Below the pieces are notes generated by a model, which did no database searches, had not been told where the DNA came from, and saw only the letters and a list, made by a program, of their open reading frames with translations. Made by a program: the position numbers and the translations under genes. Below, piece by piece: positions 47,001-55,046 of a stretch of 58,395 bases of DNA. Within the stretch, counting starts at the first letter, position 1. Each line of letters opens with the position of its first letter. The stretch comes from a virus (lineage: Duplodnaviria > Caudoviricetes), in the IMG/VR virus record IMGVR_UViG_3300031772_000043, positions 1 through 58,395 of that record; one strand, written 5' to 3'.

Positions 47001-48987
47001 CTTCGATTAGAAATGTCTTGTCGAGATTTTCCCTACTAAACCAGATGTTTCCAGAAGAAGTCGCAAAAAGAAATGAATTGGGATCCTTGGCGACTTTTGC
47101 TTTCGTTTCGACACTCCACTTGCCTTCAACCCTGTTTAGCTTGACGCCTGTTTCTGGATCCGTAACTGAGATTTGAGCGGTGGGGTGTGCCTTTTTGAGG
47201 GGGATCAAGACGTGTTTGCTTTTGTTCTCGACTTGGCCCTCTTTGTTTTTAGGGAGTCTCGTCTTGAACGCGATACCGCGGGCTGACGTAAAGTCATGTC
47301 CTGCTGAGTCTTGCACTTTTAGGTCTTCAAGTCTGAACCCTGTTACACGTTCTCCTCCTGAGACCAGCTCAACGAGACCTCCGTCTTCAGGGATTGTGAT
47401 GCTACTGACTCCCGCCCTTGAGACGTTTTCTACCTGCTGTTCTCTTTTGTACTTATCAAAGACGCTCTTAAGAGCGTTTGTCACGCGTCGATACACGGTG
47501 GGAGCCGCGAACACCCGAAAATCCTTGGGGTCAGGTGTCTCTTGCTTATTCCTTTTGTCGCGGTCGAACTCCAGAATGGCTTGTCGAAATGCATCAAGCG
47601 CCACAGTCTGTAGGTCTGCAATTCCAACACCCGCTTTTTCGAACACATCACGGACAGCCCGGAATGGTACAGGCTTCCCGGAGAAGTACGAAGCTCCGTC
47701 AAGAATCCATTTGTTCAATAGTCCCGTGTAGTACTTAGAAAAGTCTACAATTTCTCGGTCTAGTTCGTTGGCCCCCTGGCGGACCTTTTTGATGTACTGA
47801 AGAGTAGGCCGATCTAGACTTCGGCCCCCTGCTTCTCCAAACTCAGGAAAATCTTCGTCTTGTGCCTCCGACTGCATTTCGTAGACACGTTCAGAAATCA
47901 AGCTAGCCAGCGGATAAAGCCGCCCCAGTTTAGGGGCTAACTCAGCTTCTACGAAGTCCCGAGCCAAGCTCCTGTTGTCGGGGCTGTCGTCAGCTTCTCT
48001 CTTGGCCAGAAGGTGCTCCAACTTCATAAAGTCACTAGCATCTGGGAGATTAGAGGAATCCGACTTGCTCTCTTCGAGTTCAGCAACTTCGTCCTCGATT
48101 AGAGGAACGATAGTCTCCGATACGAACGCGGGATTTGGGTGGTCCAAAATCGCTGTCCAGAGATTTTGTGCTCGCGCCTTTAGCCCCTCTACGGCCTGAT
48201 ACTCTGCCTTTGGATCTTTTTCCAGGGTAAGTTTCTTCGTATTCTTTCCAGGAATGAAGTACTCGACACGATAAGTGTTTCCGCTGGCAGAAGCGTCTCC
48301 AAAGTGCAGGAAGCCATCAGCGTAGCTGTATGCAACTTCGCCCGGCCCAGGCAGATTCGTGGGCTTTTCGTTCTTTAGGCTGGTGAGCTTTGTTCGAAGC
48401 TCTTTCCCTGTCTTAGAGTTGGTGACCTTCAACCCCTGCGTCAGATCAACACCCTTCTCCAATTTAGCACGGAGCGAGTTGTTGACGGAAACCTCTTTTA
48501 CGAGGGGCTTCCACTTGAACCAGGCTTCGTTCAAGTGCCAGAGACTTTCCTTGCTTTCCATAGGACGCTTAGGTGCGGCCTTGGGGCTTTCCTCGTCCCC
48601 GTCCTCGTCGTCCTCACCTTCTGCTTCGGATTCTTCATCCTCGTCATCCGGAGGGGCCTCCAGCCACAGGTAGTCGATCTTGACGCGCCGCCCTACGTCT
48701 TCTGGCGAGAAGAAGACTGTGTTCTCCAAGACGAAAAAGTGTGACTTGCCAAAGGTCTGGTCCTCGGACCGGGCAAACTCTTCATGAGTCTTTAGCTCAG
48801 AGATATCCAAGGAGTCAGGCAGAACGTTTGGGTTCTGCAGCTGCACCTCGCCGCCTTCGGGGATGACAACCTTTTCTGTCTCTTTTTGCGGAGCGCTTAA
48901 CGACTCAGTCGCCAGCTTTGTGAAGTCTGGATACTGCTGAGTGTATCGGGTCACTCGAACAATTCGATTGGCAATTTTGCGGGGCAT
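41074..48987 (-). CDS. giant 2637-aa multidomain protein with sigma70-like regions, beta-repeat modules and long coiled coil
   Basis: Uninterrupted ORF; region-2-like and two region-4-like segments recognised by eye. Confidence 0.75.
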   Translation of the reverse strand: MPRKIANRIVRVTRYTQQYPDFTKLATESLSAPQKETEKVVIPEGGEVQLQNPNVLPDSLDISELKTHEEFARSEDQTFGKSHFFVLENTVFFSPEDVGRRVKIDYLWLEAPPDDEDEESEAEGEDDEDGDEESPKAAPKRPMESKESLWHLNEAWFKWKPLVKEVSVNNSLRAKLEKGVDLTQGLKVTNSKTGKELRTKLTSLKNEKPTNLPGPGEVAYSYADGFLHFGDASASGNTYRVEYFIPGKNTKKLTLEKDPKAEYQAVEGLKARAQNLWTAILDHPNPAFVSETIVPLIEDEVAELEESKSDSSNLPDASDFMKLEHLLAKREADDSPDNRSLARDFVEAELAPKLGRLYPLASLISERVYEMQSEAQDEDFPEFGEAGGRSLDRPTLQYIKKVRQGANELDREIVDFSKYYTGLLNKWILDGASYFSGKPVPFRAVRDVFEKAGVGIADLQTVALDAFRQAILEFDRDKRNKQETPDPKDFRVFAAPTVYRRVTNALKSVFDKYKREQQVENVSRAGVSSITIPEDGGLVELVSGGERVTGFRLEDLKVQDSAGHDFTSARGIAFKTRLPKNKEGQVENKSKHVLIPLKKAHPTAQISVTDPETGVKLNRVEGKWSVETKAKVAKDPNSFLFATSSGNIWFSRENLDKTFLIEAPGLESQSVVGKNQYRANPFGGTLEFSPQNGGDTVTVRYTQTIRSKRFVSPSAPGSDSEEGEEALSPMDLAAQEGADPESIAEQALAQENIDKLLDVVGEVLTVEDDPRLNEEERTILEGIMGVGAEGKRLSIQEIAARPPFSYSKEDPKVYKSQMNALKVKQEKAQNTLVEILKEKAETDKGLSRMLNPFSAVLLGKGEKGLAQDKFLSYLNQASEENAAGFQHVLNGLLGANRSKFPQDEENILRWMWAIPGNLRRDQDDEDKSHDILPEGQRPASSLGARLQEIAADEFGVEVDEDGQIAPEAMAVIRKVYERALKKFETAFDADLEKRKSFYESKYPDFVAYNTKHVGKSSFRDELSAMERNEALTPKKPRVEPPKVPLFQQIQKSFPKADPELLKALMTELESTAKSGGSIHDLVNQRQKDVDRVAEKGVKLLDEKSVGLRAELDALKESLSNTKAQIQTLQKSGKDALQAREELRDQAISQAGPESAQELALKLKETKLLGELLAAIKSGSISDVFDTEDVDAIEDPAERADAIWKEEKLQNYAYLKDAKGADLDEAYADLEAESKEARDSLRSLREKIVGQAEAEVRKGLRQLKQKIEEIRKQQQQFTELLRKQEDAVDTKREELKSKIEPLQQKLEQHLKNHNSNKELGLLQNVRNFLQDRDDLVRGDGSYAVENMFELPSKDDVKGPGYSPPRSLKPGEESVEWGPGVEKDTRKPYQPAPEKFAPKPKAEPAPIESKPDSTRIKPPSGKADKVTSDLSADEIADMRDKVRFKPQGTELSTNTERTLAEELQSVSLHLDPEESKKAWQKRVENFGLLLSALRKHFAAGKSIHDFKPGFSETQTLPDQNEVIRSIAEFLIDNGEDIKVSPEVWDLTNMNRVSIVKPVEILKKTLDLSSNDSAVESLLNAQPSLGNKEAAKTLHDIIRVMLRGKTMPEILKGLKASKSEDASSALSLAKRLAFFLSLHSDLKTENGKWNLVSLYDGSHKFPTTKEFDNTKPLEQQMTPFIRSLQEQMQEEAGTEGGIEPVSATEQRVLDMLVRMSDLAESGKDLDAMGEEFSALDKKNAKPYSLTYLFQQMKNYLNRLNRTKGLANMRDNYGLDKVFGEGAPPASPTQQDEIKPATEKQKEEISPAAGERTPSFEVMVKALGLNRSEAETAYKIMVSVQLHMEEGRTAASIFQALLDKRPAYTPLVKKILVHLGKNRAEFDSGVPGHPDFSSLTGIEFSHPAQAKEAPVEAVPSLQEILEAKPPVPEEAERKELRSTIFDEMAKEYELDDDQKNMFADAVRVLKSISLEQASAKTQDTVLQNVVEIIAEFFLEKGLVNADHLPDFRGVSIPPLGGRESYFAKDGTPNLKAVEENEPDFNADELAADMPEPASVSEEEEEELTDTLRGRGKTFSPELQQAVDFLTSDEVTPDDEEEPAQRDTAKARLQRNIWNMMSTEFELDAEDSSTALSLLRTVQKSGLQKVRAPLKGPAAVLFDDLIQYMHENGLQDADIPGIQLPEPTAAEPKSVPKEEKKPKGPPPTIRKKVDQAVVVQVLDAVKANETKSGFNVADVVQGLEGKVSPDAAKNALLQAADAGYISLQVKKDIQAEDLAFVPVAKDGSILALGKILRMPAPVAAPAPAVAPAPSEQKPRGRLPKELGNIQVTEEILDYVTRQAGLTPEELLTLNGELETGLKGLTYSEVAKAIKSKDLSSTAKQGFIKYLQGLANYLRQVQAGQDPLGAIAPPVAAPARPKGEWRSDPATEKQTAKVQELEAELKKLGRPKVTDLGAPPWTKGEASDAINALKKALEEAPPAPPSKPSRLENLKGLLTQDKDDSIRRLKRVRAIVSLRAYTPEELKTVIEALPLPPKEKQRLLDEVPFVEETVDAPKPPTAAPAVSAPATPVTPRPKPDKAALHALYEKAIEFCTKNNSPSALAFKLLLQKKRPDLLSLYETIMPRVQTALDAINSEDLDIDLSGI

Positions 48988-49004
48988 TTACTGAGCCTCA
49001 GATA

Positions 49005-49628
49005 TCAGACGTTTGAAAGATCGGGGATAGAGGTGCTGCCTGGTTTTGTTTTGTCTGGAATCTCACCTGGCAGCTCTGGCTCTGTGCCGATGCCCTCTTC
49101 TTCCTTCTTTTTCTTCTTGCCTACGTCCTTGGACGGAAGCTCATGCTTGACGGGACTCGTCTTTTCTTCTTTGTGTGCTTTACCTGCCAGAGTTCCTAGA
49201 ATCTTGGTCAGGTCTTGCATGTCGGAGAGCTTGGACTTTTCTGCCCCAAGCTGGGTGGCGAAATCCGACAACGCACTTACTTGGGTGCCGGGGAGGGCTT
49301 CCTCTCCGCCTTGAAGCAGCTTTTGTAGCTCTTCGCTGGATTCGGTCAACTTAGTCCCCAGTTTGTCCACAAGGGACTGCATCTCGCCGAACATCTCTTT
49401 CAGCTTATGCTTTTTAGGGAGCGTACGCATAAGAGCTAGAAAAGAGTCCGAATTGTCCTGAAGAATGGATAGTGCGGTAGTTTCGGGCTTGACTGTTTCC
49501 AGGATCGGAGACCCTACACCCTGAGGGTCTGAGTTTGAGATCGCTTCGATAACACGATAAATCCTCGGCTGCATTAGCAGCGGAGCATTTGCGTGCACGA
49601 AGCGGAGTTTCCGAATTGCAGAATCCAT
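49005..49628 (-). CDS. hypothetical protein
   Basis: 207 aa; MDSAIRKLRFVHA leader-like start. Confidence 0.7.
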   Translation of the reverse strand: MDSAIRKLRFVHANAPLLMQPRIYRVIEAISNSDPQGVGSPILETVKPETTALSILQDNSDSFLALMRTLPKKHKLKEMFGEMQSLVDKLGTKLTESSEELQKLLQGGEEALPGTQVSALSDFATQLGAEKSKLSDMQDLTKILGTLAGKAHKEEKTSPVKHELPSKDVGKKKKKEEEGIGTEPELPGEIPDKTKPGSTSIPDLSNV

Positions 49629-52549
49629 TACCGGCCCTTAGGAATGTCACGAACCTGCTGAACTAGCTGGTCTCCCATTGGGGGTGGACCACTCACCTGG
49701 TCCAAATAAGGACCTGGAGGGTATTCTCGACTGGGAGGTTTACCATTTTGCGGTCGGTTTGGCAGCGGATTTACCAAGCTGTCGGCCTGTACGTCGGAGG
49801 CATCTTCTGCCCCCTCCCCGCTTTTGCCCGAAGACATTTCTACGTCTTTGGCACTCATGTGGGTGTACAGAGAGTCGTGCAGAGGTGCCAAAATAACCTC
49901 AAATCCATTTACGGAACTTGGGGCCTCTTCCTTCATAGCGCGAGGCATTGTTGAGTGTAGGTAGAGCACGGGCTTTCCCTTTGAACTCAAATCGCGACGC
50001 ACATCCTTGATTCTCGGGTCTCCCTTAAACATAGACCGAAGCTTTGCGACTGCTTCGTCTACTTCGGCCTCATCCGCTCCCGAGGGAGCAACAGGGTCGC
50101 GGGGAAGATTGTTGAATTTCAGGCCGGGCTTGGTCTTTTTGTGCACATCGTCAAGTATCTCCTGCTCCGAAAAGTCCACCGCAGGCGTGATGGGCTTAGA
50201 CTGATCAGGATTTACCAGAAATACTTCTTCGGTCTGCACGACTGGGCCATGGTCCTCGACGACGGGCGGCTGACCGTCGAGTACAGGCAGGGGGAAGGGA
50301 GCATTACCGCCCGCGGGAGGAAAAGGGAGGCTGCTGTCTCCCGGAGGCGCCACACGAGGCGGCACCTTCAACGTTACATCTCCAGGAAAACGGCCGAAGG
50401 GCGTAGCAGGAGGCGGCATCAGTGCAGGCGGTGGCGCCATCTCAACTGGAGCGGGGGCGGAGGTTTCTTTCGGAACTTGAACGATGTAGAAGACTTCGTC
50501 TTCGCCAATCACGTGACCAAAGGGAAGGTCAGGGGGCGGCGGAGGCCCCTCCACAGGACCCGGAAGAGCCATGGGCATGGGTACGGGCGTCAGGCCAGGC
50601 ATCATGCCCGGTTCACCACAAGCTTCGCGTGAAGGGGTAATCCAGGGACGATTGAGGGTGATCTCTTTGCCGTTATCGATGCGTCGAACCTTGTACTTCG
50701 GCATCGAGGTACCGTGCTTAGACCGGACAGCCTGGACCATTTCGACCATGGTCTGGTCCCCTGAGTCGGGGTCCTTGGCCATCCAGCGAGTTCCTGGCTC
50801 AGGAATCAGACCAATAGCCCCGTTTGCGTAGCGAATTAGATCGGTTTCCACCGCCACCAGGATATTACTTCCGGTGCGGAGACGAGACGCCATGTGAGCT
50901 ACCCGCGCTCGGAGCGGATGTGTTTCAGGCAGATTGTTCGCAACGTCCACCAGCTTTTCGGCGCCTGTGAGGGTAAGCGTTCCCTGCCTAACGCTCGCTG
51001 CGGTTCGAGCCTTGGCTCTTGGGATGTAGGTCATCGCGAGACGAAAGGCCGCAGACCGAGAGATCGGAAAATCGGTATACCGGTATACGCCGAAGTCCTT
51101 CGCGACAAATTCATCCGCATCTTCCATGATCTGGAAGATTTCCACCTTGTAGTTGAACTCGCTTCGAATCTCGGACAGGAAGAAGTTAATTTCCTCCTCG
51201 CGATCGAACGGCACTTCATAGGTGAAGTGTCCTGCCTTACGGGCATTCTTCTTTCGAAGGAAATCACGAAATTGTGGGTCTCGTACGGCGTTGGCCGTAA
51301 AGGTGACCCGCATAACGGGTCCCGCAATTCGCAGTGTTGAGGCTTGCTTCGGCATTCTCTCACCCTCACCGATAGTCTCCAGCAGTGTTTTATCTGCTGC
51401 GACTGCAAAGTTTCCGCTGACTAAAACCGGCTCATTAGCAATCATGTAGACCCGGTATTGAAATTCTCCCCTTCGATTTGATTGGGGAAACTGTTCGAGC
51501 ATCTGCTCTAACCGCTCATCAATAACCTTCCCGCAGAATAGTTCTCCGGATCTGCGGTCAGACTCCACGAACAACATCCTCACGAACGGGTCAGTTTCCG
51601 CGATAAGCTGCAGCTGTTCAATGAAATCTTTGTCAGCTAAAACTTCAACTTTTTCAAGTAGACTGGCTTCTTTGACGCGTACAAAGCTCTTGCACCTAAC
51701 ATAAGAGCCCTGGCTCCAGTCAAAAGAAGGACACGCATTTCCGTTCTTACGACAAAAAGCAAAGCGGTCTGTAAGCGCCGTGTGCATCTCTGGAAGTCGC
51801 TTGTCGGGACAATCGTCCTTAGACACCTTCCAATTGCCCTTCGCACCCATGTAGGCAGGGATAAGCCCAAGCTCTTCCACGTGGTAGTTTTTGACACGAT
51901 CCAGGGCGTCAGAAACCCGCTGGGCTGTTAGATGAGAGGACCTCTTTTTCAGGAGGTTTTCGACTCTAATCAAAACTCCATGAGGAGAAGGCACAGATCC
52001 TAAACGAAGGGTCGAAGACGTCTCTTGCAATGCAGGACCCGTCTCTTCGAAGTATTGATTCCATCGTCCTAGAATTGACTCCCTCTCGGAGGGCCAAAAT
52101 TCATCAATGTAATTCCAGTAACTACGAACCTTCTCTACAAAAGCTTCTTTAGGGGGACGCTTAGAGTTGACCTTGATCGTATTGATCGTGTCTGCTTCCA
52201 GCTTAGCGTACCTGGTGTACCCGCGTTCTAGCCCCTCCATGGTGGAGTCCAGAAGCTCAATGACTTCGTCTGGCTCTAGATTTTCGTCCTCGACAACGGA
52301 CGAGATCCCTACTCTAATTTTATCCAGCAAGTTCAGCTGTGCGTCAATCTTAGGGGGAAGACTTAGTTCTTTCACCTCGATAAAAAACTTGCTAGCACCT
52401 TCCAGGTCGTCCTGGTACGCGAGAGCTAGAGGAATCAGGTTAGTAAGGTGATGCGCTACGCCGCTTTTGACGAGAGCCTCCCACTCCGCTTCTGATATCT
52501 CCAGAAACGCCTTGGACAAGTCTTTCGGAGAACCGCTCTGTTCAGCCAT
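49628..52549 (-). CDS. large hypothetical protein with Pro-rich region
   Basis: ~973 aa; TAATG overlap with the downstream gene. Confidence 0.75.
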   Translation of the reverse strand: MAEQSGSPKDLSKAFLEISEAEWEALVKSGVAHHLTNLIPLALAYQDDLEGASKFFIEVKELSLPPKIDAQLNLLDKIRVGISSVVEDENLEPDEVIELLDSTMEGLERGYTRYAKLEADTINTIKVNSKRPPKEAFVEKVRSYWNYIDEFWPSERESILGRWNQYFEETGPALQETSSTLRLGSVPSPHGVLIRVENLLKKRSSHLTAQRVSDALDRVKNYHVEELGLIPAYMGAKGNWKVSKDDCPDKRLPEMHTALTDRFAFCRKNGNACPSFDWSQGSYVRCKSFVRVKEASLLEKVEVLADKDFIEQLQLIAETDPFVRMLFVESDRRSGELFCGKVIDERLEQMLEQFPQSNRRGEFQYRVYMIANEPVLVSGNFAVAADKTLLETIGEGERMPKQASTLRIAGPVMRVTFTANAVRDPQFRDFLRKKNARKAGHFTYEVPFDREEEINFFLSEIRSEFNYKVEIFQIMEDADEFVAKDFGVYRYTDFPISRSAAFRLAMTYIPRAKARTAASVRQGTLTLTGAEKLVDVANNLPETHPLRARVAHMASRLRTGSNILVAVETDLIRYANGAIGLIPEPGTRWMAKDPDSGDQTMVEMVQAVRSKHGTSMPKYKVRRIDNGKEITLNRPWITPSREACGEPGMMPGLTPVPMPMALPGPVEGPPPPPDLPFGHVIGEDEVFYIVQVPKETSAPAPVEMAPPPALMPPPATPFGRFPGDVTLKVPPRVAPPGDSSLPFPPAGGNAPFPLPVLDGQPPVVEDHGPVVQTEEVFLVNPDQSKPITPAVDFSEQEILDDVHKKTKPGLKFNNLPRDPVAPSGADEAEVDEAVAKLRSMFKGDPRIKDVRRDLSSKGKPVLYLHSTMPRAMKEEAPSSVNGFEVILAPLHDSLYTHMSAKDVEMSSGKSGEGAEDASDVQADSLVNPLPNRPQNGKPPSREYPPGPYLDQVSGPPPMGDQLVQQVRDIPKGR

Positions 52550-53540
52550 TAGAAACCGACTCAATGATGTGAAGGAAGGCGGCGTCTAGATTTCTAGAGG
52601 AGACCATCTCCATCAAAGGGCTCTCCAGATTTGTCTGGATTTGCGTGCCGCCTTCAGCAAGGATCTGGATATCGCGATAAAGACTGGCAGCACACCTTAG
52701 GGCCTGCCGTTCTACCTTAGGTTCTCTGGCCGTCTGTGCCCTAGCCGCAAGAGTCATGAAACCTCTTCGTAGCCCTTGCAGTTGTGCAATCTTCTGACTA
52801 GGGACCAACGCAGCGCTAGCAACCCTGCGCAAGATTGAATTAGCTAGGCCCCTGGTATCGATGATCAGGTCGATATGGTCAGTGACGCATTCATTGAGGC
52901 GCTTCTCAAGGTCTGAGCCCCTCATGCCCTTTAGAAGTTCGGCGTCAGCCCCCATTTCTTTCAGAATTGCAGTGGAGAGCGCTTCTCGAAGTTGCCGAAC
53001 TTCGGGTCTGGCGTGCAGTTTAAGCTTTCGGAAAACCTTTTCCATCTTGCGCCTAAACTCATCCCAGTCCTGTCCCCCTGCGAGACGCAGCAACTCTTCG
53101 GATTCCTCCGCGCACCCAGCTTGTCGGATGTCTCTTGCTAGACTTGTGATCATAGTAGATTGTGCCTGCCCGCTAGGTATCCCTACATAACTCAAATTAC
53201 CCGTAGATCCGGGCTCGGACCCTTGGTTTTTCTGCGCACGAGCCTTGTCTCTCGCCTTGTCTCTAAGCTCAGATACTTGCCTCTTTTGTCCCTTAGGCCA
53301 CAGTTCACAAACTATCTGTGTCGCGTCCGGGTCTTTAACCAGCTTCTTGTACTGAATTCCGTTTTCGTTTAGGTCGTCAAAGAAGGCTTTGGGAGAGGCA
53401 TCTTTGTCTCTTCTGAACTTCAGGACAATGACGTCTGTACCCGTCAACGGATCTTTAACAGTCCGCATGTCAATGTATCGAAGTCGGTGCGACTTCAATA
53501 GCTTGACTGCAATACCCCTTATGTCGGCAGAACCGGGCAT
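52542..53540 (-). CDS. hypothetical protein
   Basis: 332 aa, tightly packed operon. Confidence 0.7.
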   Translation of the reverse strand: MPGSADIRGIAVKLLKSHRLRYIDMRTVKDPLTGTDVIVLKFRRDKDASPKAFFDDLNENGIQYKKLVKDPDATQIVCELWPKGQKRQVSELRDKARDKARAQKNQGSEPGSTGNLSYVGIPSGQAQSTMITSLARDIRQAGCAEESEELLRLAGGQDWDEFRRKMEKVFRKLKLHARPEVRQLREALSTAILKEMGADAELLKGMRGSDLEKRLNECVTDHIDLIIDTRGLANSILRRVASAALVPSQKIAQLQGLRRGFMTLAARAQTAREPKVERQALRCAASLYRDIQILAEGGTQIQTNLESPLMEMVSSRNLDAAFLHIIESVSNG

Positions 53541-53542
53541 AG

Positions 53543-53920
53543 CTATCTCCGACGTGTACGATTAAACAATTCGGAAAGACGTCGAAGGCGTTCTGCTTCT
53601 TCGGGTATCGCCTTGATCTCTTCGACCTCTTGCTGCACGGCATGTTCTTCCGTGCGTGCTACCGCAATCGTGGCTTCGGCTTCTGCGTGAACCTTGGTCA
53701 GGTCTTCTCGCAGCTGAACCTCTTTGGCCGCAATTTCAGGGTCTGGCTCTGGAGCGGGACGCTTGCGTTGCGCTATAAGGAATACCACGCCCCCAATAGC
53801 ACCAGCCGCCGCCAGGATATATCCCCAGTACTTTTTAGCCAGGTCAGGCTTCAGCCACGCCAAGAGCAATAAGGCTCCAGCCGCCAGAATTCCAATTAGG
53901 ATTAGGTAGAACTGTTCCAT
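53543..53920 (-). CDS. membrane protein with C-terminal coiled coil
   Basis: Two N-terminal hydrophobic helices followed by a charged helical tail. Confidence 0.65.
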   Translation of the reverse strand: MEQFYLILIGILAAGALLLLAWLKPDLAKKYWGYILAAAGAIGGVVFLIAQRKRPAPEPDPEIAAKEVQLREDLTKVHAEAEATIAVARTEEHAVQQEVEEIKAIPEEAERLRRLSELFNRTRRR

Positions 53921-53926
53921 AAGACC

Positions 53927-54349
53927 TCAGATGATGATAGGTTCAAATGTGGGGAGAACGTGAAGACTTTCCTCGAACTGTCCCTCAACCCACATTTCCA
54001 AAATTACGTCCGAGGTGGCACCTGTAATCTGCAACATCACTGTGTGGTAGATTAGACCTTCTCCTAGGAAGGTTACAGGGAACACATGCCATAGAAGCTC
54101 GTTAGGAGCGATTACCTCATCCACCATTACGGTGAGGAAAGAGCCCGATAGGAGCGGATCGTCACTCACTCCAAGGTTCAAAACTTGGGTAATAACAACA
54201 CGCAAAGAATCTGAACTGGACGTATTCCGAAAGAAAATCTTAGGCTGCAGAATGGGTGCAACTGGAAGATTTGTTTCAAGTGTCTCCGTCCGCGTCTGGT
54301 TCGGTGCCGTCATCCGAACTGGGTACAACTGGCGTACTGGGATTAGCAT
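53927..54349 (-). CDS. hypothetical beta-rich protein (putative virion protein)
   Basis: 140 aa with alternating hydrophobic pattern. Confidence 0.6.
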   Translation of the reverse strand: MLIPVRQLYPVRMTAPNQTRTETLETNLPVAPILQPKIFFRNTSSSDSLRVVITQVLNLGVSDDPLLSGSFLTVMVDEVIAPNELLWHVFPVTFLGEGLIYHTVMLQITGATSDVILEMWVEGQFEESLHVLPTFEPIII

Positions 54350-54588
54350 CCTAGGTTCCTCGCAATCCGTTCTAGGCGCACTGCCATGGCAGTCAAAGTA
54401 TCGTAGGGCTCAATCTTCTTGAGAGAACATATCCTCTCGAAATGGGCCTTAGCTCGGCGCCATTGCTCTACCAGCAGTTTAGACTCGTAGATATCACTAG
54501 AATAGTGCTTCACTACCCAGCGCCACACAGAATCGGCAGCAGGGTTCATAGCATCAGGTCCATTTTTGTACGAAGGAGATGGCTTCAT
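54343..54588 (-). CDS. hypothetical protein sharing a domain with 57110-57928
   Basis: VWRWV...EQWRRAKAHFERIC....EPY. Confidence 0.6.
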   Translation of the reverse strand: MKPSPSYKNGPDAMNPAADSVWRWVVKHYSSDIYESKLLVEQWRRAKAHFERICSLKKIEPYDTLTAMAVRLERIARNLGC

Positions 54589-55046
54589 AGTCCCTCCTCC
54601 AGTCTCAGCTTAGACCGAAGTTCGTTGTTGGCGTCAGGCCCCGTATCCAACTGCTCAGTAAGAGGGATGTAAGGGTCGTCAGCCCGGGTAACAGGCACGG
54701 TTCTAGATAGCGACCCGAGTAAATTTGGGTGCCCAGGAATAGGATCGGTTTGAACCTCTACTCGGATCCGCATGTCGGTTTGAACTGGAGGGTGACTGAA
54801 CTGGAAGACAAAATCTCCTTCACTGCTCTCCCCGTTGCCAAATCTTCGGTCGAAGTCTATCGTCAACAGCACCTGATTGCGGTATAGGAGAGAACAGGTA
54901 CCTTCTCTGACGTAACCCGGAAAACCAAGCTCTTGGTCGGGATCCAACACGTATACAGCGACCAATACCGTATCTCCGTCCGCGATATACTCGGCGCGGG
55001 CGTCCAAGACCAGCTTGGCTGGGACAGGTATGGTGGGAGGGGCCAT
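54585..55046 (-). CDS. hypothetical beta-rich protein (putative virion protein)
   Basis: 153 aa, coupled. Confidence 0.6.
   Translation of the reverse strand: MAPPTIPVPAKLVLDARAEYIADGDTVLVAVYVLDPDQELGFPGYVREGTCSLLYRNQVLLTIDFDRRFGNGESSEGDFVFQFSHPPVQTDMRIRVEVQTDPIPGHPNLLGSLSRTVPVTRADDPYIPLTEQLDTGPDANNELRSKLRLEEGL

Noticed and set aside
41074-48987. Giant ORF as a virion RNA polymerase or tape measure protein
   Set aside because: I found no DxDGD or T7/N4-type catalytic motifs. The acidic, charged composition lacks the Ala/Gly-rich hydrophobic repeats typical of tape measures.
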